A DNA stretch of 64,000 bases from a bacterium. Lineage in GTDB: Bacteria; UBA8248. Made by a program: the position numbers and the translations under genes. The DNA lies in NCBI GenBank assembly GCA_965207065.1, contig OZ242260.1, positions 4,128,001-4,192,000 on the forward strand, read 5' to 3'. Of this stretch, positions 47,753-56,317 are shown piece by piece (within the stretch, counting starts at the first letter, position 1; every line of letters starts with the position of its first letter). Under the pieces are notes generated by a model, which saw nothing but the letters and a program-made list of their open reading frames with translations, was not told the DNA's origin and ran no database searches.

Positions 47753-48277
47753 ATGAAGCGAACTCTCATATGCATCATCGCCATCGCATTGATCGCCGCG
47801 TTCTGGACCTTTCACCAGGCGGGCGCATCGGGACTCGGACCCGGCGCGCAAGCGCCCGAGCTCAAGGGCGGGCCCTGGATTGGCGGCGAGCCCGTCAAGC
47901 TCGAAGAATTGCGCGGCAAGGTCGTTCTCCTCGACATGTGGACGTTCGCCTGAATCAATTGCGTGCGGGAGATCCCCACGCTGCGTTCGTGGCACGAGCG
48001 CTATGAGGACAAGGGGCTGGTCGTCATCGGGAACCATGCGCCCGAGTTCAACTTCGACAGGAAAAAAGAAAACATCGAAGAGGCAATGGCCAAGCTCGGC
48101 ATCAAGTACCGCGTCGTGATGGACAATGACTTCACGAACTGGAACGCCTTTCAGAATCGCTTCTGGCCGACGAAATACCTGATCGACAAAAAGGGGATCG
48201 TGCGCTTCAAGACGATTGGCGAGGGCAACCACGAGCGCACCGAAGCGATGATCATGAAGCTACTCGCTGAAAAATGA
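47753..48277 (+). CDS. Putative exported thioredoxin-fold (DipZ/TlpA-like) selenoprotein (UINC), Sec67 from TGA 47951-47953
   Basis: Signal peptide, LRGKVVLLDMWTFA-TGA-INCVREIP, GNHAPEF, WPTKYLIDKKG; the two ORF-track fragments are in frame. Confidence 0.9.
47961..47981 (+). promoter_or_regulatory. SECIS-like hairpin
   Basis: GCGTG-C-GGG-AGAT-CCC-CACGC; apical loop about 16 nt after the UGA. Confidence 0.55.
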
Positions 48278-49263
48278 TGGAAACAGAAGAAACGTCGCGA
48301 CCGGAGAGCACGCCCGCCTATCCCTACTCATCTCTCCTGAGAATCACCCACTGGCTGAACGTGCCCCTCCTGCTTCTCATGATGGCGAGCGGGTTCCAGA
48401 TCTGGTGGGCGTATCCCGCATTCGGGCCTGACATGCCCAATCCCGAAGCCATCTACGAGTCGCTTCGGGGGACGGAAACCCAGGCCGACCCGCGCGCCAT
48501 CAACCTGGGCGCCGACTACAGGGTGTTCGTCCAAGGCCTTACGAAAACTTTCGGCATCGGCGGGTGGCTTGCGGGCGCGCTGCGCTGGCACTTCGCACTC
48601 ATGTGGCCCTACACCATCAACGGGTTGATCTTTCTGCTCCTGCTCCTCCTGACGGAAGAAGGGAGGCACTACCGGATCAGGAAGGCCGATTTTTCGGGCG
48701 CCAAGGAAATGCTTCTCCATCCAATCAAGACCTTTCACCATCCCCCGGGAGAGGGGAAATTCAACCCGATCCAAAAACTCGCGTACAACGTCGTCATACT
48801 GGCCGGCGTGCTATCCATCCTGACGGGTCTCGCCATCCTGAAACCTGTACAGCTCGGTTGGCTGACCTGGCTTTTCGGGGGCTACCAGCCGAGCCGGTTC
48901 CTGCATTTTCTGGTCATGCTGTTTCTGGTCGTCTTCATGATCGGTCATTTCCTCATGGTGATATCCCACGGTTGGCGCCGCGGACTCGCGCCCATGATCG
49001 TCGGGATCAAGGCGGAGCGCGACGCCTTTCAGGCCAGACAAAGGCAATTCGCCAAAAAACTCGGGCGCATCGCCGAGGAGGCGGCGATCCTGGTGCTCGC
49101 TTTCTGGCTTGGAGGCCTCGTTGCGGATATGATGAACGCGGCTTTGGGCGGTGAGGCTCATGGATTATGGTTCGGCGCGCCGGGCTACCTCCTGGTACGG
49201 CTCGGCCTCATGCGCGGACGGCGCGTCGGAGACTTCTGGCGCAAGGCGAGGGCGGGAAGCTGA
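48274..49263 (+). CDS. Cytochrome b/b6-domain membrane protein (Ni-hydrogenase/thiosulfate reductase cytochrome b-like)
   Basis: RITHWLN, WHFALMW, KFNPIQKLAY and FLHF...GHF haem-ligand His pattern. Confidence 0.85.
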   Translation: MMETEETSRPESTPAYPYSSLLRITHWLNVPLLLLMMASGFQIWWAYPAFGPDMPNPEAIYESLRGTETQADPRAINLGADYRVFVQGLTKTFGIGGWLAGALRWHFALMWPYTINGLIFLLLLLLTEEGRHYRIRKADFSGAKEMLLHPIKTFHHPPGEGKFNPIQKLAYNVVILAGVLSILTGLAILKPVQLGWLTWLFGGYQPSRFLHFLVMLFLVVFMIGHFLMVISHGWRRGLAPMIVGIKAERDAFQARQRQFAKKLGRIAEEAAILVLAFWLGGLVADMMNAALGGEAHGLWFGAPGYLLVRLGLMRGRRVGDFWRKARAGS

Positions 49264-49547
49264 TGAACACGGAAGAACGAACGGAATTCGTATTGCCGAC
49301 CCAAATGGCGAAGCGCAGACTGTTCGCGGGCAGGCTGGTTTTGAGCGTCGTCTGCATCAACGCCTTTCTGGCCCTGGTCGCCGCATATATCCTGAGCGGG
49401 CCGATGGACTGGGTAACGAGTTTTGAATTCGGCTTTCTGACGTGGGCCTGCATTCTGTACCCTACCTCTCTCGTTCTGGCCGTCCCGATCATCGCCCCCG
49501 TCGTCTTCAAGGTGCTGAAGCCGCCGCCTGAGACGCCCGGAGAGTGA
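49263..49547 (+). CDS. Small two-helix membrane protein
   Basis: ATG overlaps the upstream TGA; two hydrophobic stretches; stop overlaps the next start. Confidence 0.65.
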   Translation: MNTEERTEFVLPTQMAKRRLFAGRLVLSVVCINAFLALVAAYILSGPMDWVTSFEFGFLTWACILYPTSLVLAVPIIAPVVFKVLKPPPETPGE

Positions 49548-50362
49548 AGATGAAAAAAGGCGAAAAGCGGAATGCAAGCCCTGGCGTGGGCAAGTCGACG
49601 TCTTCGCGGCGCGGATTCATGAAAATGCTCCTAGGCCTCGCCTCCGCCTTCATGGCCGGGTGCTCGCGCCTCAATGAGGAGCCCGGCGTGCAGGCCGTGC
49701 TGAGCTGGTTCGACCGTCTGAACCACAAGGTGGGCCTCATGACGGACAGCAACCACCGTCTGGCGCGCACCTATCCCCGGAACGCCGTTCAGCCCGAACA
49801 GATGCGGCCCAACGGCTCGGTGGTCACCCCGAACTCCCAAATCATCGAGACGCCTCCCGAGGAATGGCGGCTCGTCGTGGGCGAAGCCCACCTCAGAGAG
49901 GGCCAGATGATGAAGCGTCACTGGGTCCGGGAATACACGCTGGCGCAGCTTCGCGAAATGCCCGTGCTGGAACAGACGGTGGAGCACATCTGCGTGGAGG
50001 GCTGGAGCGCGATATGCCACTGGCGGGGGGTACACCTCGCGCGCTTCATCGAAATGCACAAGCTCAGACCCGAGAGCCGCTACGTTTTCTTCCTGTGCGA
50101 CGATATGCTCGCCACCGCGAACGGGCACGAGCGCTACAGCGTGACGTTCGATCTCAAGCAAGCGATGCACCCGCAGAACGTCCTCGCGTATGAATACAAC
50201 GGCGAAACGCTGCCCCTGAACCACGGCGCTCCACTTCGCCTCGCCTCGCCCACGAACGTGGGCTGGAAGAGCGCGAAATTCCTCCGCTACGTCTTCTTCA
50301 CGAACGAGGACCTGGGCGGGTTCTGGGAGAAGCAGGGCTACCCGCGCTATTACGGCTTCTGA
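49544..50362 (+). CDS. Molybdopterin-dependent oxidoreductase (sulfite oxidase/MsrP-like), Tat lipoprotein
   Basis: SRRGFMK Tat motif, FMAGC lipobox, HICVEGWS, HGAPLRL, GWKSAK, GGFWEKQGY. Confidence 0.85.
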   Translation: MKMKKGEKRNASPGVGKSTSSRRGFMKMLLGLASAFMAGCSRLNEEPGVQAVLSWFDRLNHKVGLMTDSNHRLARTYPRNAVQPEQMRPNGSVVTPNSQIIETPPEEWRLVVGEAHLREGQMMKRHWVREYTLAQLREMPVLEQTVEHICVEGWSAICHWRGVHLARFIEMHKLRPESRYVFFLCDDMLATANGHERYSVTFDLKQAMHPQNVLAYEYNGETLPLNHGAPLRLASPTNVGWKSAKFLRYVFFTNEDLGGFWEKQGYPRYYGF

Positions 50363-50395
50363 CGACCTCCGGAACCATGGTGAACCTTGTCTACA

Positions 50396-50700
50396 GGGGT
50401 TGTTGAAAAAGTCCCGATAAATGAAGGTTCAACACGATGGGATTGTAGGGGCAGTTCGTTCGAGCTTCTCTTTCCCAGGAAGCTCGACACTCCTGCGGGC
50501 GAATGCGGTTTTGCTCGTCATTCCGGCGAAAGCCGGAATCCATTTGTTTTGCCTTTGTTTTTAGCTTCTGATTGATCCCCGTCAACGACGAGGAAATGAA
50601 AATCCTGTATATCGTCATTCTGCATTAGATTGGATTCCGGCTTTCGCCGGAATGACGGCGGTGGTCAATCCCGAGCGAGGTGTGGTTTTTCAACCACCCC
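50396..50700. mobile_element. MITE-like element with an internal inverted pair of REP/dRS3-like palindromes
   Basis: Termini GGGGTTGTTGAAAAA / TTTTTCAACCACCCC; CGTCATTCCGGCGAAAGCCGGAATCCA at 50516-50542 and its exact reverse complement at 50631-50657. Confidence 0.7.
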
Positions 50701-50734
50701 CTCCATCTACGGCTGATACCCGATTTCTTTCCCC

Positions 50735-50762
50735 TTGACAGCAACAGACTGATAGATAGAAT
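50735..50762 (+). promoter_or_regulatory. Sigma70-type promoter of TRAP operon
   Basis: TTGACA-16nt-TAGAAT about 130 nt upstream of dctP. Confidence 0.55.
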
Positions 50763-50891
50763 GTTCATTGATAAATGGAAAATAACAGTTGGCGCAGCAC
50801 AAGATTTGGGAGGCTAGGGGGCGTCTTATCGGCTTTGGAGATGGGCGCCCCTAATTTTAGAAGTGTCTAACTCGAAGGGAGGGAACGGCAG

Positions 50892-51953
50892 ATGACGATC
50901 AAGAAACTAACGACGATCGGATTTATGATCTGTGCGCTGAGCGTCGCGCTCATGGCGTCGGGTGTCGGCGAAGTGGACGCCGCGAAGCGCATACGCTGGA
51001 AAATGGCGAGTTGGTTCCCGAGCAAATTGACCCAGCTCGGCTCGATGGGCAAAGCCATGGTCGACCGTCTGGAGCGGGTTTCCGGCGGCAACATCAAGAT
51101 CAGGTTCTTCGAGCCCAACGCGCTGATCCCGGCCAAGGAGTGCTTCGACGCCGTTGCCAAGGGCTCGGTGGACGCGTGCTGGTCGACGCCCGGCTACTGG
51201 TACGGCAAGGAGCCTGCGCTCGCCATGTTCGCCGCCGTTCCCTTCGGCCCCAGAGCCGGCGAATATATGGGCTGGATTTTCTACGGCGGCGGCTACAAGC
51301 TCTGGGACGAGATTTACAAGAAGCACGGTCTGAAATCGCTGCCCTGCGGCGTCATCGCGCCCGAAGCTTCGGGCTGGTTCCGCAAGGAGATCAAGAGCAT
51401 CGATGACTTGAAGGGTCTCAAGATGCGCTTCTTCGGGCTGGGCGCGAAGGTCATGCAAAAAATCGGCGTTTCCACCCAGCTCATCGCGGGCGGCGACATC
51501 TTCCCGGCGCTCGAGCGCGGCTCCATCGACGCGACGGAATACTCGATGCCCGCGATCGACCTCAACCTCGGCTTCTACCAGGTGGCGAAGCATTACTACT
51601 TCCCCGGCTGGCACCAGCAGTCGACGGTATTTGAATTGCTGCTGAACAGAAAGAAGTGGGATGCGCTCAACGACACCCAGCAGGCGCAGATTGAGGTGTC
51701 GTGCGGCGACGCGTTCCGCCAGGGGCTCGCCGAGGGCGAGGCCATCCAGGGCAAGGCTCTGGTCGAACTCAAGAAGAAGGGCGTGCAGATCCATCGCTGG
51801 CCCCAGTCGATCCTGGACACGCTCGAGAAGAAATGGGCCGAAGTCGCAGCAGCGGACGCCGCGCGCGACGCGACCTTCAAGAAGGTCTGGGAATCCTACA
51901 GCGCGTTCCGCAAGGAATACGCGGTATGGAAGGACCTCGGATACTTGAGGTAA
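50892..51953 (+). CDS. dctP: TRAP transporter substrate-binding protein
   Basis: Signal peptide; GWFRKEI, LKGLKMR, ALERGSIDATE and YFPGWHQ motifs. Confidence 0.9.
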   Translation: MTIKKLTTIGFMICALSVALMASGVGEVDAAKRIRWKMASWFPSKLTQLGSMGKAMVDRLERVSGGNIKIRFFEPNALIPAKECFDAVAKGSVDACWSTPGYWYGKEPALAMFAAVPFGPRAGEYMGWIFYGGGYKLWDEIYKKHGLKSLPCGVIAPEASGWFRKEIKSIDDLKGLKMRFFGLGAKVMQKIGVSTQLIAGGDIFPALERGSIDATEYSMPAIDLNLGFYQVAKHYYFPGWHQQSTVFELLLNRKKWDALNDTQQAQIEVSCGDAFRQGLAEGEAIQGKALVELKKKGVQIHRWPQSILDTLEKKWAEVAAADAARDATFKKVWESYSAFRKEYAVWKDLGYLR

Positions 51954-51998
51954 TACCCGTGTGACGGCGCGCTGCGCCGTCTCGCTTGCAAAACTTAC

Positions 51999-52039
51999 AG
52001 GCGCCGGAACCGTAACGGTCACGGTTCCGGCGCCTTTTT
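51999..52039 (+). terminator. Strong hairpin plus T-tract between dctP and dctQ
   Basis: AGGCGCCGGAACCGT-7nt-ACGGTTCCGGCGCCT followed by TTTT. Confidence 0.7.
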
Positions 52040-52067
52040 CGCGTACGTTGCGCCGGGAAGCCTATTG

Positions 52068-52646
52068 ATGCGGCAACTGTTTCGAATACAAGAGTTTCTC
52101 GCCCGGATCGTGGTCAGCGTCGGGAAGCTCAGCGCCTGGCTCTCGATTCCGCTGATGTTCGTCATCATCTTCGACGTCGTGACCCGGCGCTTCCTGGTGC
52201 TGGGATCGACCAAGCTGCAGGAAGCCGAGTGGCACCTGCACGCGATCCTGTTTTTACTGTGCATCGGCTTCTGCTATATCGAGGACGCCCACGTTCGGAT
52301 CGACCTGCTTCGAGAGCGGCTGAGTTTGCGCGCCAGGGATTGGGTCGAGTTCATCGGCTGCATCATCTTCGTGATCCCCTATTGCCTCATCGTCACCTAT
52401 TTCGCCGAGGACTTCGTCGAGAGGTCCTGGGCGGTCGGCGAGGCCTCGGACTCCGCGACCGGCCTCCCCTATCGTTGGGCGATCAAGGCGGGCCTGCCGA
52501 TCGGGCTGTTCGTCCTGCTCCTCTCGGGGATCACCATTCTGCTGCGCAAGATCATCGAGTTGTTCGGCCCGGCGGACCTCAGAGAACTCATCCCCCGGAA
52601 GGAAGAACGCACGACCGAACAGATCGACCAGATCGGGCCGAACTAG
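52068..52646 (+). CDS. dctQ: TRAP transporter small permease
   Basis: LQEAEWHL and HVRIDL motifs, four TM helices. Confidence 0.9.
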   Translation: MRQLFRIQEFLARIVVSVGKLSAWLSIPLMFVIIFDVVTRRFLVLGSTKLQEAEWHLHAILFLLCIGFCYIEDAHVRIDLLRERLSLRARDWVEFIGCIIFVIPYCLIVTYFAEDFVERSWAVGEASDSATGLPYRWAIKAGLPIGLFVLLLSGITILLRKIIELFGPADLRELIPRKEERTTEQIDQIGPN

Positions 52647-52658
52647 GGACGCCTGCGC

Positions 52659-54023
52659 ATGTTCTATATCGAAGACTACCTGCCGGCCTCCATGTTCATC
52701 ACCCTGGCGATTCTGCTGTTCTCGGGCTTCCCGGTCGGATTCGTTCTCGGCGGCGTGGGCCTCGCCTTCGGCTTCATCGGCATGTATTTCGAGGTTTTCT
52801 CCCAGGTCGAGTTCTTCAACCTCGTGCTCCGCATCTGGGGATTCGCAGACAACCTGGTGCTGGTGGCGATTCCGATGTTCATCTTCATGGGGACGATGCT
52901 GGAACGCTCCGGCGTCGCCGCCAATCTCCTGTACTGCCTCCAGGTGCTGCTGCGGCGCACACCGGGCGGGCTGGCGCTCGCCGTCACGGTCATGGGCACG
53001 ATCCTCGCGGCGACGACCGGCATCATCGGCGCATCAGTGGTGATGATCAGCCTGATGGCGCTGCCGGTCATGGTCGAGCGCGAGTACAACCTGGAGCTCG
53101 CGACAGGCACCATCGCCGCCTCGGGCACGCTCGGGATACTGATACCGCCCAGCATCATGCTGGTCATCATGGCCGATCTTCTCGGGCGTTCGGTGGGAAC
53201 CCTGTTCGTCGCGGCCATCTTCCCCGGCCTGATACTATCGGGGCTTTACTTCATCTATATCTTCACCAGATGCGCTCTGAACCCCGCCCTGGCGCCGCGC
53301 CTGCCCAAGGAGATGGGTCCGCAGACGTCGGGCGAACTGCTCCTCCTATTGCTCAAGGGCCTGGTGCCGGCGGTGTTCCTGATCGTCCTGGTGCTGGGGT
53401 CGATAGTCGCCGGTTGGGCGACGCCCACCGAGGCGGCCGGGGTCGGCGCGGCCGGTGCGACGCTGCTCGCCATCGTCAACCGGCAGCTGACCTGGTCGGT
53501 CCTGAAAGACGTGGTCGAGCGCACCTCACTCACCAACGCGATGCTGTTCTTTATCTTCGTCGGGGCGACCGCCTTCTCCTACGTCTTCCGCTCGCTAGGG
53601 GGCGACGACTTCATCCAGGACGTGATCTATTCCGTGGGGACGAACCCCTGGTGGATCCTGATGATCCTGATGGCGGTGACTTTCATCCTCGGGTTCTTCT
53701 TCGACTGGATCGAGATCACGCTCATCGTGCTACCTGTGTTCGCGCCGATCCTCGCCGAACTGGATTTCGGCGACCACCTGCCCAAGAGCGAGGTCATCTA
53801 CTGGTTCTCGATTCTGATGGCGGTCAACCTGCAGACATCGTTCCTCACGCCGCCGTTCGGCTTCGCCTTATTCTATATGAAGGGAGTCGCCCCGCCCCAG
53901 GTGCGTCTCCAGCAGATTTATCGCGGGATTATCCCCTTCGTACTCCTGCAGCTCATCGGGCTGGGGCTGGTCATCGTCTTCCCCGAAATCGCCATGTGGC
54001 TGCCGAGGGTGCTGCTCGACTAG
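52659..54023 (+). CDS. dctM: TRAP transporter large permease
   Basis: AIPMFIFMG, GTLGILIPPS, ATPTEAA and TSFLTPPFG motifs. Confidence 0.9.
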   Translation: MFYIEDYLPASMFITLAILLFSGFPVGFVLGGVGLAFGFIGMYFEVFSQVEFFNLVLRIWGFADNLVLVAIPMFIFMGTMLERSGVAANLLYCLQVLLRRTPGGLALAVTVMGTILAATTGIIGASVVMISLMALPVMVEREYNLELATGTIAASGTLGILIPPSIMLVIMADLLGRSVGTLFVAAIFPGLILSGLYFIYIFTRCALNPALAPRLPKEMGPQTSGELLLLLLKGLVPAVFLIVLVLGSIVAGWATPTEAAGVGAAGATLLAIVNRQLTWSVLKDVVERTSLTNAMLFFIFVGATAFSYVFRSLGGDDFIQDVIYSVGTNPWWILMILMAVTFILGFFFDWIEITLIVLPVFAPILAELDFGDHLPKSEVIYWFSILMAVNLQTSFLTPPFGFALFYMKGVAPPQVRLQQIYRGIIPFVLLQLIGLGLVIVFPEIAMWLPRVLLD

Positions 54024-54241
54024 CGCATTTCGGCCTCCTCTGCTCCACACCCTGAACACCTCGCAAATCTGACGATTCACTGGAGAGCATGGCGTCTCGC
54101 CGCATAAACCGCGACGGATCATTTTTCTTCACTTGGCCGGACAACCCGTATAGACTTGTCCCTGACTCCCTATCCGCACGGGATATCGGAGTCATGCCGC
54201 AAATTACCGCCAATACGAAAAAGCAAAACGGGGGGCCATCG

Positions 54242-55189
54242 TTGGCTGAAAATCACAAAAAAATCCTGTTGACCGGCGCGACCGGATACATCGGGGGAAG
54301 GCTGCGCCGCCGCCTCGAAGCCGACTCGCGCGAGGTTCGGTGCCTGGCGCGCCGCCCCGAAATCCTTGAAGCGCAGGTCGCGCCGAGTACCGAGGTGGTG
54401 CGCGGCGACCTCTTAAGGCCGGAAACGCTCCCGGCGGCCATGCGCGGCGTATCCACGGCCTACTACCTCGTGCACTCGATGGCGTCCGGTGGGGACTTCG
54501 CCGCAGAAGACCGAGAGGCCGCAAAGGGGTTCGCATCCGCGGCCCGTGCTGCAGGCGTGGAGCGCATCGTCTATCTGGGCGGGCTCGGTGGCGAGGATGA
54601 ACTGTCCGACCACCTTGCGAGCAGGCAGGAGGTGGGCCGCATTCTCCGGGATTCCGGCGTGCAGACGGTCGAGCTGAGGGCCTCTATCATCATCGGTTCG
54701 GGAAGTCTCTCGTTCGAGATGATCCGTGCGCTGGTGGAGCGGCTGCCCGTCATGGTGACGCCCCGCTGGGTACGCACGCTCGCCCAGCCGATCGCCGTCG
54801 AGGACGTCATCGAATACCTTATCGCCGCTCTCGACGCGCCCGACGGGCCGAGCCTCGTCCTGGAAATAGGGGGAGCCGACCGCGCCTCCTACGGGGACAT
54901 CATGGCGGAATACGCCCGCCAGCGTGGACTGCATCGAGTGATGATCGCCGTTCCGGTGCTTAGCCCACGCCTCTCCAGTCTGTGGCTCGCGCTGGTTACT
55001 CCCTTATACGCCAGGGTCGGGCGCAAACTCGTCGAAAGCCTCCGCAACGAGACAACCGTCGGCGACGCAAGCGGCATGGGGATGTTCGATATTCGCCCTC
55101 ACGGATTGGCCGAAGCGATCAGGCAAGCGCTGGCCGACGAAGATTCGCAGGTTCGTGGAGAGAAGCGAAGAATGTCCGCGCCGGTATGA
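54242..55189 (+). CDS. NAD-dependent epimerase/atypical SDR (YbjT-like)
   Basis: TGATGYIG, YYLVHSM, HLASRQEVG and IIGSGSLSFE motifs; start uncertain. Confidence 0.8.
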   Translation: MAENHKKILLTGATGYIGGRLRRRLEADSREVRCLARRPEILEAQVAPSTEVVRGDLLRPETLPAAMRGVSTAYYLVHSMASGGDFAAEDREAAKGFASAARAAGVERIVYLGGLGGEDELSDHLASRQEVGRILRDSGVQTVELRASIIIGSGSLSFEMIRALVERLPVMVTPRWVRTLAQPIAVEDVIEYLIAALDAPDGPSLVLEIGGADRASYGDIMAEYARQRGLHRVMIAVPVLSPRLSSLWLALVTPLYARVGRKLVESLRNETTVGDASGMGMFDIRPHGLAEAIRQALADEDSQVRGEKRRMSAPV

Positions 55190-55305
55190 TTTCCGGCGCG
55201 CCCGGCAGCCTTGACAAGCCTGCGCCCGCTTCCCTATAAACCCCTTACGCTTGGGAGCCGGCGCCGATTCCGGTAGAATGCCGACTCAGGCGGAACGCCT
55301 CTCAC

Positions 55306-55380
55306 TCCGGCGTAGCTCAACGGCAGAGCAATCGGCTGTTAACCGATGGGTTGTAGGTTCGAATCCTACCGCCGGAGCCA
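55306..55380 (+). tRNA. tRNA-Asn (GTT)
   Basis: TCCGGCG/CGCCGGA acceptor stem, ATCGG-CTGTTAA-CCGAT anticodon arm, GGTTCGAATCC T-loop, encoded CCA. Confidence 0.95.
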
Positions 55381-55405
55381 AAGTTCTTTGTGGTTTATCC
55401 CACAC

Positions 55406-55756
55406 TTACGCTTCATACGCCTTCGAGACGAAATCCGAGAGCGCCTCTTTCACGAGGGCGTTCATGCTCCGGCCACGCAGGGCTGCAATGCGGGCGATTT
55501 GCTCATGAAGTTCCGCTCCCGGTCGAACGTTGAATGAACCGCTATAGGGCTTGTTCGGCGCGATTCCTTCAGTCTTGCACGTTTCCAGATAATCATTCAC
55601 TGAATCCTGAAACGCTTTCTTCAACTCTTTGGCGGTCTCAGCTTCGTACGTAATCAAATCACGCACATGGAGCACCTTGCCATGCAAGATTTCGCTTTCC
55701 TCGTCATATTCAATGGATCCCTGATAATTCTTGTACCTCAATACCGCTCCGATCAT
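55406..55756 (-). CDS. hicB: HicB family antitoxin
   Basis: YKNYQGSIEY, FQDSVNDYL and KPYSGSFNVR...LH...SMNALV motifs; start 55756 or 55801. Confidence 0.9.
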   Translation of the reverse strand: MIGAVLRYKNYQGSIEYDEESEILHGKVLHVRDLITYEAETAKELKKAFQDSVNDYLETCKTEGIAPNKPYSGSFNVRPGAELHEQIARIAALRGRSMNALVKEALSDFVSKAYEA

Positions 55757-55818
55757 CTTTGGCCCCTTTCCATCCTCGTGATCAAATCTGTTTCCCTGCA
55801 TTTCCCTTCAGATGAATT

Positions 55819-56073
55819 TCACAACAAACCACCTTCCTCCAACTTCTTTCTTACCTCGCGTATGATATATGGCTTCAACTTGTCTTCGGCATGGGGTTGG
55901 TGAAGGAAAATCCGGGGAGCCAACGAGTGAATGAACTTTCGCCGGGAGCCACCCGTTCTTCCTCCCATTGACTGCCTATAACCCAACCCCTCCAATAACA
56001 GAACCAATTCGTTCCAAGTGAAATTCTTCGGATTCTTTCTGAATTTATTCAGCAGCTTTTCGTGTTTGCTCAT
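55819..56073 (-). CDS. hicA: HicA family toxin
   Basis: FTWNELVLLL, GGSRRKF and LHQPH...LKPY motifs; upstream of hicB. Confidence 0.9.
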   Translation of the reverse strand: MSKHEKLLNKFRKNPKNFTWNELVLLLEGLGYRQSMGGRTGGSRRKFIHSLAPRIFLHQPHAEDKLKPYIIREVRKKLEEGGLL

Positions 56074-56126
56074 TGTTCCCTTGTCAATTTATCAGCAGAA
56101 CAAACATTATGACGCACCTATTATTC

Positions 56127-56177
56127 AGTTGCATTATAGAGCAAACTTGCGGGAATGCAACTATATTATCGTTGCAT
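56127..56177 (-). promoter_or_regulatory. hicAB promoter overlapped by an operator palindrome
   Basis: Minus strand TTGCAT-16nt-TATAAT; palindrome ATGCAAC-9nt-GTTGCAT at 56155-56177 and a further GTTGCAT half site at 56128. Confidence 0.65.
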
Positions 56178-56317
56178 AGATATTCAAGCGTGGATATTCA
56201 ATTTACAAATCAGGGATACTTAGACTCGACCCGGAACAACGACGAGCGCGAAAGAAAATTCTATATGGGACACTCACCCCACACTACTGGTACTTTCCTT
56301 CTTCCAGTCGATTCCCC

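Noticed and set aside
47753-48277. Calling the split thioredoxin (and the three other TGA-interrupted genes) pseudogenes
   Set aside because: No frameshifts or other stops, intact RBS and coupling, TGA exactly at the nucleophile, and a downstream hairpin in all four cases
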